Of a stretch of 64,000 bases of DNA, positions 27,644 through 35,452 are shown in pieces. The notes under the pieces are model-generated. The model was not told where the DNA came from, made no database searches, and saw nothing but the letters and a program-made list of their open reading frames with translations. The stretch spans positions 77,380-141,379 of the forward strand of contig JBJXGV010000002.1 of NCBI GenBank assembly GCA_046160485.1, read 5' to 3'. The translations under genes were made by a program, and so were the position numbers. Origin of the DNA: a bacterium. GTDB lineage: Bacteria; Orphanbacterota; Orphanbacteria; JBJXGV01. The stretch's first letter is position 1; every line of letters starts with the position of its first letter.

Positions 27644-27681
27644 CCGCGCGCTCCCTCTTCGAAAATCCAATCGAAAAGCCC

Positions 27682-28149
27682 CTAGCTCGCCGCGAGCACC
27701 GTCTCGATGTTGTTCAGAACATCGACGTGAGTGATCGTCTCGGAGGTGTAGATCTTCGAGAAGTTCGTCTGCAGCACGCTGTAGAGATGGGCGCGCTCCG
27801 TCACCGGAACATCCAAGAGGACGGCCAGCGTCGAAAGGTACTCGCCGCTTCCCTTCGACATGTCCATCGCGAGGTTCGACATGTTCTCGCCGACGAACTT
27901 GTTCAACTGCTCGTTCGCGGCGAACGCCGTAGCCTTCTCGCAGTTGATCGTGCCCGACGTGATGCCGAACGTCTGATTTCCGAAGGAGCCGTTCGTCGTC
28001 GCGGCGAAGACCTGCGAAATCAGTCCGTCTTTGCCTTCGAAGATGAGCGTCCCGATGCCACAACCGGTGTTGGACTGACCTGCCTGCACTGCGCCGACAG
28101 CGGCGAACGTGCAAAGAGCCGCAATCGCTAGAGCAACGATTTTTCTCAT
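27682..28149 (-). CDS. small secreted protein (DUF3015-like), likely co-transcribed with the DUF4105-like gene
   Basis: RBS GGAGGCGAGGGA. Signal 'MRKIVALAIAALCTFAAVGAVQA'. 155 aa with a Cys pair. 38-nt gap to the downstream gene. Confidence 0.45.
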   Translation of the reverse strand: MRKIVALAIAALCTFAAVGAVQAGQSNTGCGIGTLIFEGKDGLISQVFAATTNGSFGNQTFGITSGTINCEKATAFAANEQLNKFVGENMSNLAMDMSKGSGEYLSTLAVLLDVPVTERAHLYSVLQTNFSKIYTSETITHVDVLNNIETVLAAS

Positions 28150-28392
28150 AGATCCCTCGCCTCCCATTTTTCGGATTCGTGACCAGATAACAACGGGTCG
28201 TAACGCGGCCCGCAGTGTGCCTCATGAACAGAGGTGCCGCAAGAACAGAATGCCCCGGCAGATTGCGGATCTCGACGAGACACTGCGACAAGACACTTGG
28301 TCCGATCGGTTCATCCGTGCTACGATGACGCCTCGTTCGCCCGCACGTCTCTCCCGCGTTGGTCATTCGCTCGCCCCTCGGAGAATCGCGGC

Positions 28393-29853
28393 ATGATTCG
28401 ATCCATCGCGCTGCTGATTGTGATGTTCTTGACTGTTTTTTCGCCGCTCGAGGCGCGCGCCGATGCGTCTCTCGCGGTCGAACTCGTCGCGTCCGGTCTT
28501 TCGAGCCCTTCGTTCCTGACGTCGCCGCCGGGCGACTCGACGCGCCTCTTCGTTACCGAGGTCAACACCGGCCGGGTCCGCATCATCAAGAACGGCGTTC
28601 TGTTGCCGACTCCGTTCGCGACGATCGTCGGAATTTCCACGGGCGCCGAGCGCGGGCTTCTCGGAATGGCGTTCCATCCGGATTACGCGCAGAACGGCTA
28701 CTTCTACCTCTCGTACACGCGCTCCGACGGCTCGAGCGTCGTGCGCCGCTACGACACGTCGACGAATCCGGATATCGCCGACACGACGAACGGTCTCGAC
28801 ATCACGTCGTTCATCGGCCCGCAGTCGATTCACATCAGCGGTTGGATCGGGTTCGACCCCGACGGCTATTTCTACATCGCGAAGGGCGATGCCGGGTCTT
28901 TCCTCACGGCGCAGAACGACTCGAGCCGACACGGGAAGATCCTCCGCCTCGATTTGGGCGACGGAGGGCAGGTTCTCATCCCGCCGGACAACCCGTACGC
29001 GAACGAGTGGGGGCCGAAGAATCAGCAGTGGGCGAAGGGGCTGCGCAATCCGTGGCGCTGTTCGTTCGATCGCCTCACCGGCGACTTCTACCTCGGCGAC
29101 GTGGGGAACTCGACGTATGAAGAGATCGACTACGAGCCGGCCACGAGCCCAGGCGGGCGCAACTACGGATGGCCGTTCTTCGAGGGCTACACGGTGTGGA
29201 ATTGCCCCGGTCCGTGCGACTCGTCGGGCCTCACTCGGCCCGTGCACGTGTACGAGCACGGCGGGTTCCCGTTCCGCTGCGCGGTGATCGGCGGCTACGT
29301 CTATCGCGGCGGCGCGATCCCTGGCCTCGCCGGCTACTACTTCTTCGCCGATCTTTGTTCCGGCAACATCTGGTCGATGCGCAACATCGGTCCCGATCAG
29401 TTCGAGATTCTCGACAGAACGGCCGAGCTGCAACCTGGCGGCGCACTCGACATGGACGGAATTCAATCGTTCGGCGAAGACGCGCGCGGCGAACTCTACG
29501 TCTTGAACGCGGACGGAGAAATCTATCGCATCATCGCCGATCCGACGGCGGTGCCCGGTGCCGTTGGCGGGCGGCTCGTGCTCGATCTCGGGCCGGCGAC
29601 GCCGAATCCGAGCGCGGGGGAGTTCGCGGTGCGCGCGTTGTTGCCGCAAGCGGGCGATGCGCGCGCTCGCGTGTTCGACGCGAGCGGGCGGCTCGTGCGC
29701 ACGCTCGATCGCGGCGCACTCGCGGCCGGAAGTCACGCGTTCCGTTGGAACGGGCTCGACGACGGAGGCCGTGCGGTCGCCGAAGGGACGTATGTTCTGC
29801 GGATCGAGTCGGGCGGCGCGAGCGCTGCGCGCAAGCTGACGGTCGTTCGCTAG
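28393..29853 (+). CDS. PQQ-dependent soluble sugar (glucose/sorbosone) dehydrogenase beta-propeller with C-terminal Por_Secre_tail
   Basis: 'GLLGMAFHPDYAQNGYFYLSYT', 'HGKILRL' and 'GLRNPWRCSFD' match the GSDH family. Signal peptide IALLIVMFLTVF. The C-terminus reads 'GEFAVRALLPQAGDARARVFDASGRLVRTL...GTYVLRIESGG..ARKLTVVR'. Confidence 0.8.
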   Translation: MIRSIALLIVMFLTVFSPLEARADASLAVELVASGLSSPSFLTSPPGDSTRLFVTEVNTGRVRIIKNGVLLPTPFATIVGISTGAERGLLGMAFHPDYAQNGYFYLSYTRSDGSSVVRRYDTSTNPDIADTTNGLDITSFIGPQSIHISGWIGFDPDGYFYIAKGDAGSFLTAQNDSSRHGKILRLDLGDGGQVLIPPDNPYANEWGPKNQQWAKGLRNPWRCSFDRLTGDFYLGDVGNSTYEEIDYEPATSPGGRNYGWPFFEGYTVWNCPGPCDSSGLTRPVHVYEHGGFPFRCAVIGGYVYRGGAIPGLAGYYFFADLCSGNIWSMRNIGPDQFEILDRTAELQPGGALDMDGIQSFGEDARGELYVLNADGEIYRIIADPTAVPGAVGGRLVLDLGPATPNPSAGEFAVRALLPQAGDARARVFDASGRLVRTLDRGALAAGSHAFRWNGLDDGGRAVAEGTYVLRIESGGASAARKLTVVR

Positions 29854-29885
29854 CGGGCGGCGCGCGGATCGAGGCGGGGAGTTCC

Positions 29886-30437
29886 GTGGGTCTCATCGAG
29901 GAAGCGATCGCGTTCGCCGCTCTGGCCCACTCCGGCCAGCATCGCAAATGCACCGGCCGTCCGTATATCTGGCATCCGCTCGCTGTGGGCCGCCTCCTCG
30001 AAGAACACCGCTTTTCGGAAACCGTGATCGCAGCGGGCGTGCTCCACGACACGATCGAAGATACGCGCGTCACGCTCGAGCAACTCGAGTCGCGGTTCGG
30101 TCTTCACGTAGCCATGATCGTCGACGGATGCACGGAGCCGAATCACCGCGCGCTCCCGTGGGAGGAGCGTAAGAGCCACACGATCGGCGCGCTCGCGATC
30201 GCGGGCATCGAGGTGCGCGCTGTGATCGCCGCCGACAAGATCGACAACCTCCGCGCGATCGCGACCGATCGGGATACGATCGGCGAAGCTATCTGGGAGC
30301 GATTCAATCGCGACCGCCAGAAGCAGGAGTGGTATTACCGCGGGATCGCGTCGGCGATTCGCCAGAACATCGCGGAATCCCAGGCGATTTTCGAGCTCCT
30401 CGACTTGCACGTCGCTCGAGTCTTCGGCGCGAAGTAA
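29886..30437 (+). CDS. HD-domain metal-dependent phosphohydrolase, small (p)ppGpp hydrolase-like (RelA/SpoT HD family)
   Basis: GTG start after GGCGGGGAG. 'AHSGQHRK...PYIWHPLAVG' and 'VLHDTIEDT'. Confidence 0.65.
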   Translation: MGLIEEAIAFAALAHSGQHRKCTGRPYIWHPLAVGRLLEEHRFSETVIAAGVLHDTIEDTRVTLEQLESRFGLHVAMIVDGCTEPNHRALPWEERKSHTIGALAIAGIEVRAVIAADKIDNLRAIATDRDTIGEAIWERFNRDRQKQEWYYRGIASAIRQNIAESQAIFELLDLHVARVFGAK

Positions 30438-30458
30438 CCCCGCGGGAGGGCGCTCGGG

Positions 30459-31388
30459 CTACGACGCGGCGCGCGGCGGCCGCAGGAGCGACGCCACAAC
30501 CGCACCGCCAAGAAGTGCTCCGACGACGAGGAGCGAAAGCACGATCGGGATCTTGTAGATTCCGCTGACGCACATCTTCGCTCCGACGAACATCAGCACC
30601 ATCGCGAGCCCCGCCTGCAGGTAGTGGAACTTCCCCATGAGGCCGGCAAGCAGGAAGAAGAGCGACCGCAGCCCGAGAATCGCGAAGATGTTCGACGTAT
30701 AGACGATGAACGGGTCGTTCGTGATGGCGAAGATCGCAGGAATCGAGTCGACCGCGAACGCGACGTCGGTCGCCTCGACGGCGACCAGAACGATGAACAG
30801 AAGCGTCGCGTAGGTTCGCCCCGATTTCTTGATGAAGAATCGCGGGCCGTGGTACTCCGAAACCACCGGAAAGAGCCGCTTCACGATACGCACGACCGGG
30901 TTCTTGTCGGGCTGAACATCGGCGGAGTTGTGCCCGAAGAGTTTGAAGCCCGTGAAGATCAGAAACACACCCATGACGTAGATCATCCAGTGGAACGAAT
31001 GCAGAAGCGCAGCGCCCGCGAGGATGAACGCGACGCGCATGACGATGGCGCCGAGAATCCCCCAAAACAGAACGCGCCTCTTCTGCTCGGGCGGCACCGC
31101 GAAGTACTGAAAGATGACGAGGAAAACGAAGATGTTGTCGACGGAGAGCGCCGTCTCGATCAAGTAGCCGGTGAAAAACTCGAGCGCCTTCTGCGAGCCG
31201 AGGTATTTGTAGACGACACCGTTGAAAATCAAGCCGAGCGCGACCCACACGCAATACCACAGGAGCGCTTGGCCCGTACGCATCTCGCGCGTCTTCCGGT
31301 TGAAAACCGCAAGATCGAGTACGAGGAGCGCGACGATGACGGCGGTGAATCCGATCCAGAAGACGGGGCCTTCGAAGTTGTTCGTCAT
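30459..31388 (-). CDS. TerC family integral membrane protein
   Basis: 'ETALSVDNIFVFLVIF' and a repeated DN/FA motif in a multi-TM protein. Confidence 0.8.
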   Translation of the reverse strand: MTNNFEGPVFWIGFTAVIVALLVLDLAVFNRKTREMRTGQALLWYCVWVALGLIFNGVVYKYLGSQKALEFFTGYLIETALSVDNIFVFLVIFQYFAVPPEQKRRVLFWGILGAIVMRVAFILAGAALLHSFHWMIYVMGVFLIFTGFKLFGHNSADVQPDKNPVVRIVKRLFPVVSEYHGPRFFIKKSGRTYATLLFIVLVAVEATDVAFAVDSIPAIFAITNDPFIVYTSNIFAILGLRSLFFLLAGLMGKFHYLQAGLAMVLMFVGAKMCVSGIYKIPIVLSLLVVGALLGGAVVASLLRPPRAAS

Positions 31389-31564
31389 GAGCGCCGGATC
31401 CTAATGGAACCGGAGCGGGGCGTAAAGGCGCGCGAAAAAAAAGAGGTTGACGGGTGAGATATTGAAGTGATATCACTTTGATACTGCGCCGCGCGAGTGA
31501 AAGCGGCGGATCGACCGAAATCCCGGCGGGCGGGGAGAGCGCCCGAGACTCGAGGAGGTTCGAC

Positions 31565-32437
31565 ATGACGAGGAACAAGATGATCCACGCCGCGTCCGGC
31601 TGGGCGTTGCTCCTGATCAACCTGGCCGTGTACGCCGCCGCCGCTCTTCTTTTCGCGCGGGCGATCACACAATCCCCGGCCCAACCGGCGCCGGTCATCA
31701 CGGCATTGGCCGTCTTCGTCGCCGGAATCGTCATCAGCGCGGGCTTCTTCATCATCAACCCGAACTATGCGGCGCTGCTTGTTCTCTTCGGAAGCTATCG
31801 CGGTACGGTCGTCGCGAACGGCCTTCGGTGGGCGAATCCGTTTTTCACGAAGAAGAAGATCTCGCTTCGCGTGCGGAACCAGGAGACGTCGAAGCTCAAG
31901 GTGAACGACAAGTCGGGCAACCCGGTCGAGATCGCCGCCGTCGTCGTGTGGAAGGTGTCGGATCCGTACCAGGCGCAGTTCGAGGTCGAGAACTACCAGG
32001 AATACGTTCGGATTCAGAGCGAGTCGGCGCTGCGGCACATGGCGAGCCAGTACGCGTACGACGGAGAAGACCACGAGATGACGCTGCGTGGAAGCTACGA
32101 CGAGGTGAGCGCGCAACTTCGTGGTGAGCTTCAGGAGCGGCTCGGGCGCGCGGGCGTCGACGTGATGGAGGCGCGCCTGGCGCATCTTGCGTACGCACCC
32201 GAGATCGCGAGCGAGATGCTCCGGCGGCAACAGGCGACCGCCGTCGTCGCGGCGCGATTCAAGATCGTCGAGGGCGCCGTGGGGATGGTCGAACACGCGC
32301 TCGACGAACTCAGCAAGAAGAAACTCGTCCAGCTCGACGAAGAACGCAAAGCGGCGATGGTAAGCAACCTGCTCGTTGTGCTCTGCAGCGACCATGCGGC
32401 GACACCGGTCGTCAACACGGGAACGCTCTACCAGTAG
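31565..32437 (+). CDS. SPFH/band-7 (stomatin/prohibitin-like) domain membrane protein
   Basis: RBS GAGGAGG. N-terminal TM, then '[13 protein letters not shown]...[21 protein letters not shown]' typical of SPFH. Confidence 0.7.
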   Translation: MTRNKMIHAASGWALLLINLAVYAAAALLFARAITQSPAQPAPVITALAVFVAGIVISAGFFIINPNYAALLVLFGSYRGTVVANGLRWANPFFTKKKISLRVRNQETSKLKVNDKSGNPVEIAAVVVWKVSDPYQAQFEVENYQEYVRIQSESALRHMASQYAYDGEDHEMTLRGSYDEVSAQLRGELQERLGRAGVDVMEARLAHLAYAPEIASEMLRRQQATAVVAARFKIVEGAVGMVEHALDELSKKKLVQLDEERKAAMVSNLLVVLCSDHAATPVVNTGTLYQ

Positions 32438-32506
32438 GCTCGGTATCGATGGCGGGGCGGGCGCCGCGCGCGTCCGCCCCAGGTGTCCCCGCGCGAGGTG
32501 TCCGGC

Positions 32507-32671
32507 ATGGCCGAACGAAAGCCGTTTCTTCTCCGGCTCGACGACAAGCTCTACGAAGAGCTGCGCCGTTGGGCCGAATTGGAATTCAGAAGCGTCAACG
32601 GGCAGATCGAGTACATACTGCGGCGCGCCGTCGACGAGCGGAAACAGGGGAAGCCGAAGAAGCCCGCGTAG
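32507..32671 (+). CDS. Arc/MetJ-type ribbon-helix-helix DNA-binding protein (54 aa)
   Basis: 'RKPFLLRLDDKLYEELRRWAELEFRSVNGQIEYILRRAV' matches an RHH beta-strand plus two helices. Confidence 0.5.
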   Translation: MAERKPFLLRLDDKLYEELRRWAELEFRSVNGQIEYILRRAVDERKQGKPKKPA

Positions 32672-32752
32672 TCGCGCGCGGCACTCCCGTGTTGCGAGTG
32701 CGGCACGGCGCCTATAGCATTGCGCGCGGCGTTATCAACCGGAGGAGCTTCA

Positions 32753-33547
32753 GTGAAGCAGATCGTGGTGATTGGCGGGACGGGTGTCGCGGGTACGGCG
32801 GCGATTCGCGCGTCGCGCGAGTTTCTCGCGGAGCGCGCGCGCATCACCGCGGTTTGGTTCGGCCGCAAGGAAGAGTCGATCGCGATCGAGGGCGCCGACG
32901 AAGTCATCTTCGGCGACGTCACGGATCCCGAATGCCGCGCGAAGATTCGCACGGCGTGCGGCAACGTCGTCGACATCCTTTTCTTCGCGACGGCGCGCGG
33001 CGAGGTCGGTTTTCCGATCGAGCTGGCGACGCCGGAACAGATCGCCGAAGCGTGCCACGTCTCGTTCGATCCGCTGCCGATTTTCGAGCGCGAGTTCCAT
33101 CCGGCGCGCATCGTTTCCTACAGCACGTTCTACACGCTGAAGGTGCAGCAAGCGACGTACGGCTCGATGGGGCACGCGAAGGCGCGCATCGAGGCGTGGA
33201 CAACCGAGGCGCCGCACCGCGCGTGTATTCGCGCGGGAGCCTTCGACTCGGAGTCGTCGCGAGCGATCGGTCTGATGCTGCGCCGCCTCGCGCGCGACCA
33301 GGGTCTCGCCGCGAGTTCGCTCCTGCGCGATTTCTTCGAGGGGCGTTCCACGCAAGAAGGGCTCGATCGGCTCCGCGAGGCCGCGCAATCCGAGGAGCGC
33401 GAGGCCTACGGCGATAGCGGCACTGGCCCCGAGGGACTCCTCGACGCGCACCGCAGACTTCTAGCCGCTCCGGACGCGCGCTTCGTGAATGTTTGCGGCC
33501 GCAAGATCTGGCTCTCGGACGATCCTCAGCTTCTCCCCGCGCTGTAG
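32753..33547 (+). CDS. Rossmann-fold NAD(P)-binding protein, enoyl-ACP reductase (FabI/FabL)-like SDR, divergent
   Basis: GTG after GAGGAG. 'VVIGGTGVAGTA' glycine-rich loop and 'YGSMGHAKARIE' (Y-x6-K FabI-type catalytic spacing). Confidence 0.4.
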   Translation: MKQIVVIGGTGVAGTAAIRASREFLAERARITAVWFGRKEESIAIEGADEVIFGDVTDPECRAKIRTACGNVVDILFFATARGEVGFPIELATPEQIAEACHVSFDPLPIFEREFHPARIVSYSTFYTLKVQQATYGSMGHAKARIEAWTTEAPHRACIRAGAFDSESSRAIGLMLRRLARDQGLAASSLLRDFFEGRSTQEGLDRLREAAQSEEREAYGDSGTGPEGLLDAHRRLLAAPDARFVNVCGRKIWLSDDPQLLPAL

Positions 33548-33618
33548 ATTCCCTCCGAGAACTTCGCGAACGGAAATGGGGCGCCGTGCGCGCCCCATCT
33601 TCGTTCTGCGGATTCTCG

Positions 33619-34977
33619 CTACGTCATCGAGCGGGGATCGAGAAGGCGGTCGATCTCGTCGGGCGGCAAAACGCCCTTCGCCTTCGCGACCTCGCGTACG
33701 GTGCTGCCGGCGCGCTGCGCTTCCTTCGCGATATCGGCCGCGACGTCGTAACCGATCTTCGGCGCGAGCGCGGTGACGAGCATTCCGCTTCGCTCGACGA
33801 GTTCCGTGCACCGGTCGCGATCGACCTCGAGCGTCTCGATGGCGCGCTCGGCAACCGTCGACGACGCGCGCCCAACGAGAATCATCGAATAGATGACATT
33901 GTCCGCGACGAGCGGGAAAAACGTGTTGAGGTCGAGAATGCCCGACGCGCCCGCGAACGCGATCGCCGCGTCGTTGCCGATGACTTGCGCGGTCACCTGA
34001 ATCGCGACCTCGGCCATGACGGGGTTGACCTTGCCGGGCATCATCGACGAGCCCGGCTGCAGCGCGCGGAAGCGGATCTCGTGCGGGCCGCCCGCGGGCC
34101 CGGCCGCAAGCCAGCGCAGATCGCCGGCGATCTTGCCGAGCGAGATCGCGACGCCGCGCACGGACGCGCTTGCGGTGACGAGCGCGTCGATGCCGCCTTG
34201 CGAGGCGAAATGATTCGGCGCCTCGCGAAACGTGTGGCCCGAGAGCTTCGAGAGTTCGGAAAGCGACGCCTCGATGAACGCGCGCGGCGCGCCGTAGCCG
34301 GTGCCGACCGCCGTACCGCCGAGCGCAACCGCCGCGAGGCCTTCGTCCGCCTCGCGCACGCGCGCTAGCCCCATCTCGATCATCGCGGCGTGCCCGCCGA
34401 GAAGCTGCCCGATCCGCCGCGGCATCGCGTCCATCGTGTGCGTCCGCCCGAGCGCAACCACGTCGTCGAAGCGCTTCGCCGCGGCACCGAGCGCGGTCGA
34501 CAGACGCGCAACGCCCGGCTCGAGCACCTCCGAGATCGTGTCGCGCGCCGCTACGTGAATCGCGGTCGGAATCACGTCGTTCGACGATTGCCCCATGTTG
34601 ACGTGATCGTTCGGGTGGACCTTCATCTCGGGCGTCGACGCCAGGCGCGCGAGCACCTCGTTCATGTTCATGTTCGTCGACGTGCCCGATCCAGTTTGAA
34701 ACACGTCGATCGGAAACTGGTCCGCGTATTCGCCCGCGGCGACCTCGAGCGCCTTCGTTCGGATCGCGGCCGCACGCTCCGCGTCGAGCCGGCCGATCGC
34801 GCGGTTCGCCGCCGCGCACGATGCCTTGATTCTCGCGAGGGCGCGAATCACCTGCGGCGACATCCGCCGTCCCGAAATCGGAAAGTTCTCCACCGCGCGC
34901 TGCGTTTGCGCGCCGTAGAGCGCACCCTCGGGCACGCGCATCTCGCCCATCGAATCTTTTTCGATTCTCTCTGCCAT
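33619..34977 (-). CDS. fumC: class II fumarate hydratase (fumarase C / aspartase family)
   Basis: 'GSSMMPGKVNPV' signature and 'EKDSMGEMRVPEGALYGAQTQRAVENF' FumC-like N-terminus. Confidence 0.8.
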   Translation of the reverse strand: MAERIEKDSMGEMRVPEGALYGAQTQRAVENFPISGRRMSPQVIRALARIKASCAAANRAIGRLDAERAAAIRTKALEVAAGEYADQFPIDVFQTGSGTSTNMNMNEVLARLASTPEMKVHPNDHVNMGQSSNDVIPTAIHVAARDTISEVLEPGVARLSTALGAAAKRFDDVVALGRTHTMDAMPRRIGQLLGGHAAMIEMGLARVREADEGLAAVALGGTAVGTGYGAPRAFIEASLSELSKLSGHTFREAPNHFASQGGIDALVTASASVRGVAISLGKIAGDLRWLAAGPAGGPHEIRFRALQPGSSMMPGKVNPVMAEVAIQVTAQVIGNDAAIAFAGASGILDLNTFFPLVADNVIYSMILVGRASSTVAERAIETLEVDRDRCTELVERSGMLVTALAPKIGYDVAADIAKEAQRAGSTVREVAKAKGVLPPDEIDRLLDPRSMT

Positions 34978-35009
34978 CGTCGTCTTCCTCTTCTGCGGAA
35001 TTTCGGGAG

Positions 35010-35363
35010 CTAGGCCTTCGCTTTTGGAACGGCCCAGCCGGGTTCGATCTCCGACGCGACGCCGGTGCGCTCGGTGATTTCTTTCTTGAACCAATCGATG
35101 ACGGCCTGCTCGTCGGCGTTCGCGCCGAACACCTCGCCGCCGGCGGGCTTCACGAAAACGACCGGCGTTCGGTGATCTCCGTTGTGGGCCACGCGCACGC
35201 CCTCGAGCGCGCGTCCGACGCTCTCGAATTTCGTGCGAATTTCGGGAACGAACGGCGCAAGCTCCGTCTCGATCATTTTTCCGATCGGGTTGAGACGCTG
35301 CAGCGCGTAGACGAGGTCTTCCTTGAGCTTCGGAAGCTCGGCGACTATCTCTTCTTTGCTCAT
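35010..35363 (-). CDS. hypothetical protein (117 aa)
   Basis: ORF with ATG start, 32 nt downstream of fumC. No motif recognised. Confidence 0.35.
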   Translation of the reverse strand: MSKEEIVAELPKLKEDLVYALQRLNPIGKMIETELAPFVPEIRTKFESVGRALEGVRVAHNGDHRTPVVFVKPAGGEVFGANADEQAVIDWFKKEITERTGVASEIEPGWAVPKAKA

Positions 35364-35452
35364 GTCGGGGCTCCTTGTGCGATGGCGTCCGGCGGCGGCA
35401 GGGAAGCGCGCCGCGCCGCCGCGCGCCGGCGACGGCGGCTAATATAACCGAG

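Noticed and set aside
25727-28366. N-terminal 241-codon extension of the 879-aa ORF, and N-terminal extensions of ORFs 1472.., 13394.., 24285.., 28234.., 29169.., 31478.., 41391.., 47918..49600, 56576..
   Set aside because: In each case an internal ATG/GTG preceded by a GGAGG-type RBS starts a signal peptide or a conserved N-terminus. The upstream extension is Arg-rich and overlaps neighbouring genes.
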